Assembly: GCA_963924565.1 (NCBI GenBank)
Contig: OZ004615.1
Location: forward strand, 26,474,001-26,538,000
DNA: 64,000 bases
DNA from: Ascidiella aspersa
Lineage: Eukaryota
Direction: 5' to 3'
Shown here: positions 1 through 13,123 of the stretch, piece by piece
Layout: each line of letters starts with the position of its first letter
Position numbering within the stretch: the stretch's first letter is position 1
The notes under the pieces: generated by a model
The model's input: the letters and a program-made list of their open reading frames with translations, nothing else
Databases searched by the model: none
Told to the model about the DNA's origin: nothing
Made by a program: the position numbers and the translations under genes

Positions 1-18
1 CCAATTTTTTTACCACAG

Positions 19-3000
19 AAAGATTCTCCGTCAGATATCACTTCAGCCCCATCTGGTGGTGAAAATGGGCCAGAGGTTGTGGTCGCCAGCGCAGGAAACA
101 CAGAACAAGGTTTCACATAATATTAATATTTTTCTGTCAGCAATCCCTGACTTTAATCTTTTAAGATGCCTATGCACTGCACATTGTCCTGAATTTGCCC
201 ATATTGTTAATGCCTATGTTTTGAAAATTTTGTTTGAAGAAAGAAAACTGTGACTTATTTCATTGTTTTTTTAAAGTTTAAACGAAGCAACAATTGTAAA
301 TATAAACCCATTTAAATTATCGTGGATTGTTTCGGTATATTTCGGTGGTAGCTGTGGTTAAACCAATAAGTTAGACCTGTGTTCAGCTTGTAACAAGTTC
401 GTCCCGTTCAAGTTACGTTGATTGTTTTTGGTTTTACAGAAGCAGGTGAGCCATCTAGTGGTGAAAATGAGGGAAATATGGACACCTCCCCGAGTCCGTC
501 GACAAGTTCTACCACTGGAGGAAGCAGAGGAAATAGGTTAGCATTCTATGTTTTTACAAGCAGCACTTTATTTAATAATATATACTTATTGAAAAACGAG
601 AAGTTGGGTTAGGTTTAGGAAATTATGAATAAATATTTGAACAGCAAGCATTTATTTCATCATTGTGTTGCTTTTAAGGTTGTGAAAACCTTGTGTTTAA
701 ACATTACATGAGAGTTGAGCAGGACTCACGGATAAATAACTAAAGCCGGAGCAAATCCGTGACTTGAGAAGAGTGTATAATACTGGGAGCCCTTTGAATA
801 ATGTAAACATAAAGTATCCCCAAATTAAAAGAGTTTGTGACATATGAGCTAGATGTTATGCTGGTGTGATCAACAATTACACACCTGTATTCCGCACACA
901 CACCCACAAAAGCTGATATGAACGGCAATATACCAAACTAACATGAACCACTTGCAGCCATCCAACATTGCCGGAGCTGGGAGAAGTTTACAGCGAGCTC
1001 GCACAAACGCAACGACGACTCGAACCTTTCCTCGACTTCATGTCGACTTTCCTCAACACCGACCCTCCTTTCAACAGTACAGAGGTAACATCAACGTTAG
1101 TCGTTCAGTTGTCAGGAATAAGCTGTTTAACATATGCCTAGTGTGGAAATCTTAACAAAAGTGCATATACAGAGTAAAAACTCTGCACATTACCAACTAG
1201 TTTAATACTACGATGGCTGTTAAGATACAGCATAGGTTCAACTATGCTATGAGGTCAAATATTGCGTGTTCCACAAGTTTTGATAATATTGTCAAAATTA
1301 AAACCTTATTGAAGTGTGATTAAGTGTTGGGCTGCACCTAATCATTGGGTTGCAGGGTTGTACATTTCTGGTTTATACCATAACCAAACAATTCAAACAC
1401 TTTTGCTGTTTATTGAATACTTTATCCCTTGTTAGACCCTCTAATGCTCTGCGATTAAAACAAGGTCTTGAAATCATTAAATGAAACAATGTTTCACAGG
1501 CCACAAACAATAATGCCATGCTTTGGATTTATTTGTTTTTTTTTGTTGGGACATAGTAGCATTTATGGTGAAACCTGAACTAGACTAGAATTGGAATTAG
1601 AGCACACAAGCAATTCATAAATTAGATTACAATTATATGCATTTTGCTTTTTTTTTATTGAATTATAAAACTAAAATTATTTAGTTGTCCAATCATGTGT
1701 TGGCCGGACCACTCTGTATAGTTGAAATGTTGTTCCTTGCAGAGTGCTGAGTTTCGTTCGACTTCGCGTCGTTTGTCGCACGTGTTGAAAGCTCAGCAGC
1801 TCACATCCCAGATCCACCACCAACTATCGCAAGTTGCCATCCCCCTCGCTAGAACTCCCCCTCGGGTCATGCTTGTACGAGCTCCACCAGGGGTCGCTAT
1901 GCACCATGGTAAACTATCTTCTAACACAATAATGTATTTGTATAAAAATAAAGTCTTGCAAAAAAAGTTTATTTAGAATATTATTTGTTAACAACTTTCT
2001 AAACCTTTTATTCTGAATTTTTTTACCTACTTTATTACCTGTTTATTTTCACAGGTGTTCGTGCCCAAATGCCCCGGCCGCCCCCCCAGGCCCAGCGGCG
2101 TCCTCACCCGAACACCCGCCCCCTCCTGTACCCTCCCCCTATGACACAACAAGCACAGGTAACCACCAAACCTGTCATGTTTAAAACATATTAGAACTTC
2201 TGCAAGAGAAGCTTTGTGTTAGGTTGTGGAGAATTAATATAGCTTTTAATTTAAACTTAAATTAATATATATTTTTTCTTGAATTCCTGGCAGCAACAGT
2301 ATATTCAATCAACTTTAGTGTGTGTTTTGTTTTTCAGGGCCCTCCACCAAATGGCGCCCAGTTCCGAGTGTAAGTCAACATTTATCAAACTTCCTTTCAT
2401 CCTTTATATTTAAATGTAAACTTTCCCTGCTAATGTTCTTGTGTCTGACCACATTTGATTTGTTCCAGAACCCGGATTACAACTCCCTTTGTTCCACTCC
2501 CAACCCAGATGACCCCGGGAATTCCCCCACAGATGGTTCCCCCTCAGGTGGTGCCCCAACCTGCCCCCATCCGACCTGTTGGGGCTCGTGGGGCAAACCC
2601 TGGGGTGAACAGCCACGTCACCGTCAGCCCACCAACCTATACAGTGCAGGTGAATAAGAGTTGGAAACAGCAATAAAAGCAGATAAATGAGAACTTTTGT
2701 CTTCGCTTTTTTGACATATGATTTGTTATGTTGTAAAACCATTTAAATAACAATTAAATGAAAAAACTTGAAATCACAATAGTTATATTACAATCAATGC
2801 ATTTTTATCTATTCCTTAATTCCGTTGTTATGAAATTGTTTAGTCAATTTATTGTTACGTTATTATTTCTTTATTTTCAGACTTACCGCATACCTTTTGT
2901 TAGATGTAGTTTGTTAGATAAAAAAAAAAAAAAATAAAAATAAAATAAAGTCATTTGAATAAAAAATTATTAAAAAAAAGCAATAAAGTTGAATAAAAAT

Positions 3001-6000
3001 TAAAAAAAATCCATAAACATTTAAGTGCTCAGCGATCAATATAGCATCATTCTCCACCTAATTGTTTTGTTGTCAGGTGAACGCGACGATCCAACCAAAC
3101 ATCCACATCGCGGTCAACCAAGGCCAGAGCACTGCCACAACGAGCCAAAGGTTACCACAAACTAACATCGGAACACCACAAACCGCTGCAAGCAACCAAA
3201 GTGTGCCACAAACTGCTGCAACCAACCGAAGTGTGCCACAAACTGCTGCAACCAACCAAAGTGTGCCACAAACTGCTGCAAGTAACCGAAGTGTGCCACA
3301 AACTGCTGCAACCAACCAAAGTGTGCCACAAACTGCTGCAACCAACCAAAGTGTGCCACAAACTGCTGCAAGTAACCCCAGGATGCCACGAATGTCCACG
3401 ATGCCACAATCCCAAACCTTTGGGCCACCATTGGGAATTCAAATGCCAGCTTTTCCAAACATCCCAGGTTCGAATCAACTTATAAGAAGTTATTTATAGA
3501 ATAATAGTATATTTTTTTCCTCAGTTACCTGTTGATATATACTCAAGATATTTTAAGTTGGTCTTTTAGAATTGTCTTCAATTGGTTTGGAAACAAATGT
3601 ATTTTAAGAGTTTAATAAAAAAAAGAAACCATTAAAAAATTAGTTGCAAAATGTGAACTTTCAATAGATAGTTAAACATACAATTTGTGTTGAACAACAT
3701 TGATTTTTAGGAGTTCCACCCGAAGTTTTGACAACTTTGATGAACAACATCCATCAGCAAGTGCAGGGGAACTCCCCTAACCCCATCCACCCGGTTAGTG
3801 CTGGGGTTGTTATTATGGAGGGACCCCAACAACACGAGGTAACACAACTGGCTCATACAAGATTATAACAAACAATATATTAATTAGCTGTTTTGTCCAA
3901 ACGTTCAGTTTTTGCATCGATTTTATTTCTTATCCACAATTTGTTTTTGTTTCGCATCTGTGCTTTTATAAATTAGTTTGTAAAAAATGAAATATAAACA
4001 TTTATAAACATTGAGTTCTTTGTAAGCACATCATCATAATATTACAATGTTACACATAATTTTAAAGTGTAAACTTACTGCCAATTGATTTCCCACAATG
4101 TTGTTTAGAACCAAGTTGCCAGCGACATCTCGAACATGATGGGGGAAGCAGTTTACGGAGCAGTGTTCGACCAACTGTCAGGTAAATAACATAAACACCC
4201 TCATGACTCAGCACTTGCATGTTTGTGTGGTTTGTAAAGTTTGATGCTGTTGCACAACATGGTGTTATTGACACTCAGCTCGTTTTGACAAGTTTGACAC
4301 GACTCCAAATATCTTTGGACTTATTGTTGTGCAGGTGCTGCCCCTAGTGGACAATCTGTGGTGCCTCCCGGTGGTCAAAGTGCCCCACCCAGTGGCGAGA
4401 CAGCAGTTAAGGAAGAAAATAAAGAAGGGGAGAAGACTCCAGCAAGCAAGGAGCAGCCTCAGTCTTCAAAAGCAGGTTTCAACGGCTTTACGTTGATTTA
4501 TATTTAAACATAATTTTTGTTGATGCTAAATCTCTTGATCTCAAACTGAGGCACAAGGAAAGGTTAAAGAAGCTTCATGCAAAAGATCTTTTAAACTCAT
4601 TTACTGATAAATTTTATTGCCCAGATAACATTTTACTTTAAAATAAATAATTTGAGGGCTTTAATTAGGGATGTTCAAAGTAGAATCCCAAGGTATTCTA
4701 GAATAATAGGTTTCGAATCTAGAATAACGAATCCAGAATAACGAATCCTAGTATATTTTTATTAAATTATTTATCCTCGATTTTGTTTGGGGAAGGGATT
4801 AATCTTATCTACTCTACAGGGCCTAAAATCACAACAATAAATCACCCAAACAATTTTCTAACATGTGTACATATAATAAAAAAAATCTCCCATGTGTTTA
4901 ACATTCTTAACAACTGTCATTTGAAGCAGTTGTGTAAACTGTAATATGTCAACTGTCCAGGTTGTTGCCAAAACTTGTATTTTTGCCAATAGTGAGTACA
5001 ATGCAACACTGCACACGGAAGTCTTAAGCAATGATCTGTAACTAACGTGATCTGTAATGCAGTCAAATAATGTACTGCAAATAATACAAAGTTACTATTG
5101 ACTTAACGAATTGTTGACATTTACGCTGCGCATAACTGCATAACCTCGCTGAATATTGGCCTAAGGTTGACCTTAAGTAACCCTATAGCGCATTTTGTGG
5201 ACGGCCAGAACGTTTTACAACGTAATATTACTTTTGCAACTTATCGGCTTTAGGGAAATTGCGCACTCCACACCAGACATTACACGTTGATCGCTCGCCC
5301 AATAACGCTTGATTGACACTTAATTATTAGACGAACGTTATCGCGAGACGCGGTAATTGGTCGCCCGAAAAAACGCTGACACTGCACTACCAGGTTACAT
5401 TTAAAGCAAGCTCTGTAAATTGGTCGCCGCAGCGACAGGGCAACTTACCACACGCGTTTTTACAATTAGGCGCAACAATCCGCGGTAAAACATTAAATTA
5501 TATCGGTTCCAATTACCCGAAATAAACGTCAGAATTGGATCCGAATCCCATCTGGATTCGAATCCAAGGATTCGATATTCTACTTTGAGCATCCCTAGCT
5601 TTAATACCATAAGTTAATATGTGATGTGTTATGCAATGTGTAGTTCTATATAGTACCTATATAATATTCATATGATGTGTTGTGTCATTGCATATAGCAC
5701 TTGTGTATTTGAAGCACTGTATATAAGTACAATTAGTACATACGTTATGTGCGATGTTAATGAGGTATTGTGTACTTACATTGCTCTCATATGTTTTGTG
5801 CAGGAAACAACGAACGACCTCCTGATGTACTTTCTGGGATGCTAACCGGTGGATTCGGCAGCCGAGGTAAGTTTACAAACTTTTTCCACTTCTATGTTCG
5901 TTATGCGTTGTATCCACAAGTGGATTGAAAGATTGTGGTTTAATGCTTTGTTTTATCGCAGGGGAAAGCTCAAAGACCCAAGTTCCAGGTTTGTTAAATT

Positions 6001-9000
6001 TTTTTTTCATGTTTGTTGTTACTAAATAACCTTAGGTTGATTTAAAGTTCATTTGTTTCCCGCTAAATATTCTCTTTTTTATTGTCCTAGGTCCAAGTTC
6101 AACCCAGAAAGCAAAATCTCCAGGTAAGTTGGTGTTTCTTAAAAAAGTTGGCATAATTGATATTTTCTTCATCATTTTGATGGTAGTTTTTCCCCCGCCG
6201 CACATTTTAATGTTGGTATTGTTACATCACAGAGGTTGAAGGTGATTCAGTGAAGCGTGAAGCTCTTGACGTCATGAAAAATGAAGCGAAATCAAGGAAT
6301 TCATCTGAAGGTGAACTTTCCTTCTACAAATTAAACAACAAACATACGGGATAATGCGTTGTAACTCGATGCTTTGTTAAGTGATGCTTAACTTGAGTGT
6401 TACTCAATGTTAGCTAAAAGTTGTGACATAACTAATGTTATCATCATCTGAGCACAATAACCATCTGTCCGGTGTTGTTTGGACCGAACATTTTAAAACA
6501 TCTTTCATTCATCTATTTTTAAACATTACCACAATTCGCGACTTGTATAAGTTATTTTTCTAGATGCGACTTCTGAGCCAATGGCGCCAGACTTCGGGGC
6601 GCTGGGGAGTGTGTCTTGGTCCCCTGAGTCAGGGGTGACCTTTGACCGACTGACCTTGGCACAAATCGTGACCTCTGCTGGCCACAACATCCCCTCCACT
6701 GGGGGCGGTAAGTGCTTGGTAACCATGACAACAAATGTCAGCTTTATTTAATGGTGGAAAAAAGAAATCCTAAAAACAATCGATTGGCGGCTTACTGGTT
6801 TTGTTCGGATTTCAAATGATTCTAAAACACAGTCACAGTGCACGGTTCTTCTCAGCATTTCAATAATAATATCGAGCTATAACATCCAAATAAATTAAAA
6901 TATATTTTTAAACGTTTCAACAAAAGCTCTTAACATCATCAATGTAAAATGAAGTAAAGAAAAAAAAAAACTTTAAGAATACAAAAAATAAAAAGACAAT
7001 ATAACTAACAGGGAAGAAGGCGATGTTATAGTTTGTTTTTACAAAAACAACTTTGGGTTGTTGGTTAAAGCAGTGGTTCTCAACCTTTTTAGCTTACGGA
7101 CCGGTAAAATTTCAAAACAAATTTTGCGGACCGGTGGACCTACAAAAATCAAACCAAAATGGATTACGACAAAAGTATTCAACTAAAGACTTTTTAGCTT
7201 TTACGTACAACCGGTCTTACATTTTAGGACTTTAACGAGCTGTAACCCACTTTTAAACAGTTGGGCACAACACTGGCAGCATTGTGACGTTTGTGCAAAG
7301 TTCTAAATTTGATAGAGAAGCCTTCAACATCTTGCATTTTGCAATTGAGATATAAATTTGTAATATATTTGGCGGACCGGCAGGAACGTTGACGCGGACT
7401 GGCGGTTGAGAACCACTGAGTTAAAGCACTCCGCTGTGGAGTTGCAAATGTACGAAGCCTGTGTTTATCGATGATTCATTTGTGAAGGTCTGTTGGACCG
7501 GTTACTTCGAGCTTGTGGGGAGCTTTTGGAAGCCGAGGATTGCAAGGAGTTGTTCCACATGAGTAACCACGCCCCGCTCAACAAAATAAAAGACGCGCTG
7601 AAAACTTTCATCAGCAAGGAATACTTCAAGGGGAAAACCCCTAACAATGATGACATACAGGTAATAAGGAGATTTTATGAACAAGTTTTATTGGTAATTG
7701 ATGATATTTATAAATGCCAAACTGTCCAATTTAATTGTAATGTGAATAACTAGAACATACAACCCGTCCGACCTAAATCTGCCATTCGTCGAGTCCCTGG
7801 TCGGACTATGCAGCCCTACAATTTAAATAATAAAAGTACAGTGTGTACACTGTACAGTGATACATACAGTAATTCACTCATAGGGGTGTCATATAATATT
7901 TCATCCACCCGCAATGTATGGAAAAATAAAATCTACCGTGGCTATTACGTCTTATGTGTAGTTTGCGCCTTGTCAGGAAATTTGATACTGTGCATACCGG
8001 ACCCTGGTGGTCTTGCGTTCTTACCCGGCCTGCAGCCCCGGCTCACACTTAACGTTGTCGATTGTTCAGATGGCGGTTGAAATCTTGTCGGAGTCGTTCC
8101 GCAACGATGTTGAGCGATTCTTCCGAGGAGCGAAGGTTATCCAGGATGTCGACATCGTCGAGTCCAACCTCTCCCTCCACCGATGCTTTGTGAGGAAAAC
8201 AATGCAGGCATTGTTCCAAGAAGGTCGGCAAATAATAATTGTTACCCGTAAAAAAAGGGTTCGCGAATAACTCTTTTTAAAATCATATACCCCACCCAAA
8301 ATGGGTAAATCGAATGCAGCAAAGCAAGTGAACCCATCCAGATAACTTCGCTAAATCTACTTCCTTTTTTTTCATTTGGCAGTATTCTTTATTGAGCGTT
8401 TTGCTTTTATGTTAATTTCATTGCAAGGGATTGTAAATCAGTAAAAAAGTAAGGGTGTTGCAAAGTAAAATATTTAAAAGTTTGTTGCCACGTGCCACAG
8501 GCAATTTTCTTAACGCCCGTCTGCAATAAGTTAAACACATTCAATTTAATTTATTCATCATGTATCAACATCTGTAGTTGTGTTGTGCCATCCAAGACAA
8601 TGCTTGATATCTTGTTTGTGGCAAATATTAATGAAGTGATTTTTCCAGAATCTTCATCATTTGCTTCACGCTTGGGTGGTCACGTGCGGCTCATGCTAGC
8701 AACATTTATACGCTTGAATGAGCACCTGCTTAAAGGTGGAAGAAAATCTCTGAGGAAACATTTCGAGGATTGTGAGGTGAGTAATGTTTTTAAGTCCAAT
8801 ATATCCACTACAGCTTTATAAACTGTTGATTTCGAAATAAATAGAGTCCGAACGTGTTTCTTAATAACCTTAGTAGACAAAACTTCCTTAATATACATTT
8901 TGAGTTAAGGTAATGCAACTGCTGAAGTAGGCGATGAATATAGTTTTAAAATACGAATTGTTTTTCATTTTAATTGAACGCAAATAGTTTTATGCATGTC

Positions 9001-10365
9001 ATGCTAAAATTGATTCTGGTCTCCTAATGTTTAACATTCAAGCATTCTTTTTTTTTCGGTTGTCCCTTAACCCTGTGGTTTGTTTTAGGACATCCTGACC
9101 GGTGAGTCTGACCCGATCCCCCGGATGTTCGAGATCCTTCTCTACCCAACGCTGGTTGCCCCTGGTAACGACAGAATCCTGCCCATGTTCGACCGATTGG
9201 TGGGGCTAGCGAGCGTCAACCAAGACCAGATCGACCAGTTCGTCATTTCCCACCCAACACCCAAAGTTAAACTGGTTAGTGGTTAAAGTTGGGGCTATCT
9301 GTAAAGTTGCCCTAACGTAAAGTTTTTGTATTGAAAGAGGAAAGTTAAGTTGTGTTTTGTTCTAGATCAGACCTGGACAAACTTCTGCCTCTGAGCAGTC
9401 CTGCGGGTCTTTTTACGTAAAACAATTAAAACAAAAATAAGCTTTTTTACGATTTTCTTTTTCTAGATATTTGAAATTTTTAGTGAATAAGTTAACACTT
9501 GTAAGGCATCCTCACCTATTTCCTAGCTTGTCAAAACGTTTCCTATATGACCCTCTGTCAAAATAATTCACCATCCCTATCTTAACATGTTGTTTATTTT
9601 TTCTAGGCGCATTCATCAAATGAAAATGACGACAACAAAGAAGAAGAAACTCCAAAAAGTTTGTTTTAAATTTATATTAGTTGAAAAAATCAACAAAATT
9701 TAATAGAAACTGAGCTTTAACATTTCAAGTATAAACATTAATATCAGAATTCAGGCCAAAAGAGTTTTTTATTGTCGAAGTTTAACAAGTAAGTTTTTGC
9801 AGAATCGTGGAAGAATGAGCTTCCATCGGAGTGGGTTGAAACGATTGTGAGCGACATCGAAAAGCAACACTCGATGGCACCACAACCTCCCTTCAGTGAA
9901 GCGTATCTGTCCGGGATGCCAGCAAGCAAGCGACGAAAGGTGAAACAGCAAGTTTTAGATTTAATGATCCAAACTTATTGTTCATGTTGTTAATAAACTT
10001 TGTTAAATTTTAATTATTAAACATTATTATTTTTGATAAAACGTTTGTTGTTTTAATCGCTTGTTGTATCTATCAAAGCTAACATCAGGAAAAATGATAA
10101 GTTTACTTTCAATCTGCTTCATTTCTCAGCTGAATGTCGCGCAAACTTCTTTACAAATTTTTAAAATAACTATTTTTTTTTCACAAATCAAGGTGAAAAG
10201 TAAAGCTAACTATAAAACGTGCTAAATCACCATAAACATTGCATTGAGCATTCATGTTATAATTTGATCCAATATATTGTGTACTTAGCTTGCGGTGTTA
10301 AGGTACCGACATCATGCAAAGTATTCCAAACTAAACTAATATTCTGTGTTTAGGTTGTTTCCTGA
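19..10365 (+). CDS. BAG6: Large proline-rich protein BAG6/BAT3, multi-exon, 5'-partial (UBL domain lies upstream of the window)
   Basis: Hand-spliced GT-AG exons encode HPTLPELGEVYSELAQTQRRLEPFL (~958-1084) and ...LARTPPRVMLVRAP (~1743-1908), matching the BAG6 HPS..LQPFL / TPPRHLHVVRP region. Pro-rich exons follow at 2055-3467. The exon at ~9803-9939 encodes SWKNELPSEWVETIVSDIEKQHSMAPQPPFSEAYLSGMPASKRRK, the conserved TRC35-binding/NLS segment. The last exon (10354-10365, VVS*) is tentative. Confidence 0.9.
3175..3378 (+). repeat. Coding 30-bp minisatellite in a BAG6 exon (about 7 x SVPQTAA[T/S]N[Q/R])
   Basis: Unit AGTGTGCCACAAACTGCTGCAACCAACCAA repeated in frame within the exon at ~3077-3467. 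Confidence 0.9.
4666..5597. mobile_element. Non-autonomous hAT (Ac-like) DNA transposon in a BAG6 intron
   Basis: TIRs TAGGGATGTTCAAAGTAGAAT ... ATTCTACTTTGAGCATCCCTA; perfect 8-bp TSD GCTTTAAT (4658-4665 and 5598-5605); subterminal GAATC-like repeats; no transposase ORF. Confidence 0.9.
7071..7418. mobile_element. hAT (Buster/Charlie-like) MITE in a BAG6 intron
   Basis: 15-bp perfect TIR CAGTGGTTCTCAACC / GGTTGAGAACCACTG; 8-bp TSD GGTTAAAG / AGTTAAAG (1 mismatch, central TA). Confidence 0.9.
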
Positions 10366-10892
10366 GATTTTTGACGTCGGCAAAAGTTTGCAAGATTTTT
10401 TTGATATTGGTGATGGTTTTATTTGTGTCACAAATTGTTTAATGCAACTTGTTTTGTGGTTATGTTGGAATACTCTCTTTGTAAAGCAAATCTAACATCT
10501 TAATTTATGATGCCTGGCTTAAAAACTAATTTGATTAATTCTAATTCTTCTTAGCTTGTATATTATCATTCAGTTTTTGAGTGTTTTATTCGTTAAATGC
10601 CTTTTATCCAGCTATGCTTCATACAGGATCCGTTTGAACGTGATTAAAATTTGTGGCAAATTAAATCAATCGTTGGTTTTCTCAGAGAAATACTTTATTT
10701 GTCAGGTCGCAAATTTATAGCATTTAGTGCAAAGATTTGCATTCTCTTGATTATAATTGGAACAATTTAGTAACAATACAAAAAAGTGCATAGAAACAAT
10801 AAAGCAATGAATAGATTGTTAAAATGACTGAATACAAAATCACACAATAGACTAAATGATAGCTACAGTGGAGTTAAGACAGCTACAACGTT

Positions 10893-12080
10893 TCACCATG
10901 ATTGTTTGGGGGCTTTTTGTGCTGGAAATATTGCCAGTGACCCTTTGCTGTGGTCATGGATGGTCGCCCACAGATAGATGCAGGTTTCTTTATTGAGGAT
11001 TTTGATCAAATTGTCATATTCCGGCTCATTCTCAAACATCCAAGAGTGAATAGACCGATCTTCGTTGTAGAACAACAAGTTGCGGTGTTTGGCCACGAAT
11101 TCAACAGCAACAACGAAAAACTTGCCGACGTTTATGTGCATCTGGATCTTGTTGCGATTCCAAACGTCGTCCTGCATCTCCTTGTTAAGCCCAGCGATGT
11201 AAAACTGATCACTATTCTTCACATTTAGAAACACCCCTTCTTCTATTCTTTTCTCCAAAGTGTCGCCAACAACCACAGGCTTCACGCAGATTTTCGAGTG
11301 CGCGTATTTCCAGTCGAAGTTCTGACAATCTTTGTTGCAGTAGAAGGTGGCGTAGCACCGCGAGCATTTCCTCAACGCACAGTCGTGCTTCCCGCACCAA
11401 CCACACAACGCACCTAACCTGTCCACAGCCCGGTTGAACTTGCGCGAAAGTTTGGCGAGGAACATCCTGGAATCCTCGTCGAGCGCGTAAACCATGGGGA
11501 CAGTCCCGTCTTCCATTGGCTCCGACGGGTTCCCTCCATACTTCACCAAGGTTTTGAGCAAGTCGCGTCTGTTTAATATCGTTAACAAGTGAAAAAGTGT
11601 CCATTGCTTGCCGTCGTCCAGCTTGGCCTTGATGTTAGGGTCCGAGCCATTATCGAGAAGCAACGTTCCCATCTTGCCGTCCTGGTTTGCGCCGAGAGCC
11701 ATGAACAGCGCTGTGTAGCCGAAGTTGTTTGTGGCGTCGATGTCGGCGTCGGCTGTAATGAGCAAAGTACAAATGTCGAAGCAGTGGAATAAGGCTGCTG
11801 TATGGAGCGGCGCCATCCCAGTCTCGTCCTTCTTGTTCACAAACTCAAACAAACTTTCAGACTTTGATAGCTTGGACATTTGTTGCGCGAAATCCTGCAT
11901 TTTCGCTTTGTTGTCGCTCAAGCGAACGATTCTTCCCTGCGCAGAATTCCTTTCCCTGTATTTCTTGGGGAGTTTCTTTGGGACGATCTGGGAGTAATAA
12001 AACCGTCGGTAATATTTTCCGTTTGCTGATTTTAACTCTTCATAACGCTTTTGTAGATAATCAAGGAACTGCAACGACAT
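10893..12080 (-). CDS. Ankyrin-repeat and MYND zinc-finger protein, coding region intronless (~395 aa from the first ATG)
   Basis: Ankyrin repeats (GMAPLHTAA, GYTALFMAL..LLLDNGSDPN, WTLFHLL). MYND finger CGWCGKHDCALRKCSRCYATFYCNKDCQNFDWKYAHSKIC. First ATG at 12080. AATAAA on the minus strand near 10695-10700. Confidence 0.85.
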   Translation of the reverse strand: MSLQFLDYLQKRYEELKSANGKYYRRFYYSQIVPKKLPKKYRERNSAQGRIVRLSDNKAKMQDFAQQMSKLSKSESLFEFVNKKDETGMAPLHTAALFHCFDICTLLITADADIDATNNFGYTALFMALGANQDGKMGTLLLDNGSDPNIKAKLDDGKQWTLFHLLTILNRRDLLKTLVKYGGNPSEPMEDGTVPMVYALDEDSRMFLAKLSRKFNRAVDRLGALCGWCGKHDCALRKCSRCYATFYCNKDCQNFDWKYAHSKICVKPVVVGDTLEKRIEEGVFLNVKNSDQFYIAGLNKEMQDDVWNRNKIQMHINVGKFFVVAVEFVAKHRNLLFYNEDRSIHSWMFENEPEYDNLIKILNKETCIYLWATIHDHSKGSLAIFPAQKAPKQSW

Positions 12081-13123
12081 TGCTGTAATTTGAGTGTATT
12101 TGCAGCTTTCAAATTTGGTTTGAATTACACAGTTTTTTTTAGCAGCCCACGATATAACCACTTACGAAATTATTAATAAAACTTCCGCATTTTTAATTTT
12201 GCTTATGAACATTAAAAACAGTTTTGTCAAAATGCGTAAAAGTTTTGAATTTGGTTGTAGTTGTTTGTCATAAATGTTGTTTCCAATTTAATTTAATAAA
12301 AAAAGTATATTTAAAAATGTAAAAACGTAAAATTAAAATCATTTAACTGTCTATATAAGTAATTAAGATATGTTTATTGCCTGTTATTGTCAGTATTTGG
12401 TTTTCTTTGACCTTTTTAAAAAACTTTTGAAACCATTTTTGTTGTAAACTTAATAATAAAAAATTCTGAATTTTATGTAATGGTTGAATGAACATTTATT
12501 TTTAAAAGCAGTCATCCATATAAAGTTAAATAATTGTGGGGTGTTTGGGAAAAGTTAATTTATTAATACTTGTTAATATTTATTGAGTTATAAACTTCTA
12601 ATGGAAAAATTTCCAGTGTGATATTGCTACCATCTGAAGTAAAAATCAAAGAGGATTGTCGTTATAGAATCAAAAAAGAAATTTTGTTTAATTAAAACTG
12701 TCACTTTTTTCTTTTGTACAACGAAGAAAGAAAATGAATTACCTCTTGTGACAAATATTGACAGGAACTTAGAGCAGACAAATTACAGCGTAGATTGTCT
12801 GGACGTTCATGTGTTTATAAGAAGTCTAGTTTAAATTAGTTGTTATTGTGGCATTATTCGAATCGAGCTGACACTAAAATGCTTTAGTAATAATACTAAA
12901 TAATAATAATCGGCGCTCTTTCACTATTGTACCTATAGGTTGTAAAAAAATTTTGTAAGGCAAATAATATTGATTCAGACTGCCAAGCTAAATCGTTGTT
13001 GCTTGCATAACACAAAGAAAGAAGTTTTTGTTAAAAAGGCCTATTTTGAATAGTTTAGTTAAATTGACAAAATAATTATGTCGTTTTCTTATCTGATAGG
13101 TTGTCTGGTTTGTTGGCCAAGTT

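Noticed and set aside
6375-6455. Possible intronic C/D snoRNA (GTGATG...CTGA)
   Set aside because: Box C is imperfect (GTGATGC), and there is no convincing terminal stem or recognisable guide.
12765-12840. Possible BAG6 BAGS-domain exon (ELRADKLQRRLS) after ttgacag
   Set aside because: Only vague resemblance; lacks the DPNY..RFPN motif and would require the ANK-MYND gene to be nested.
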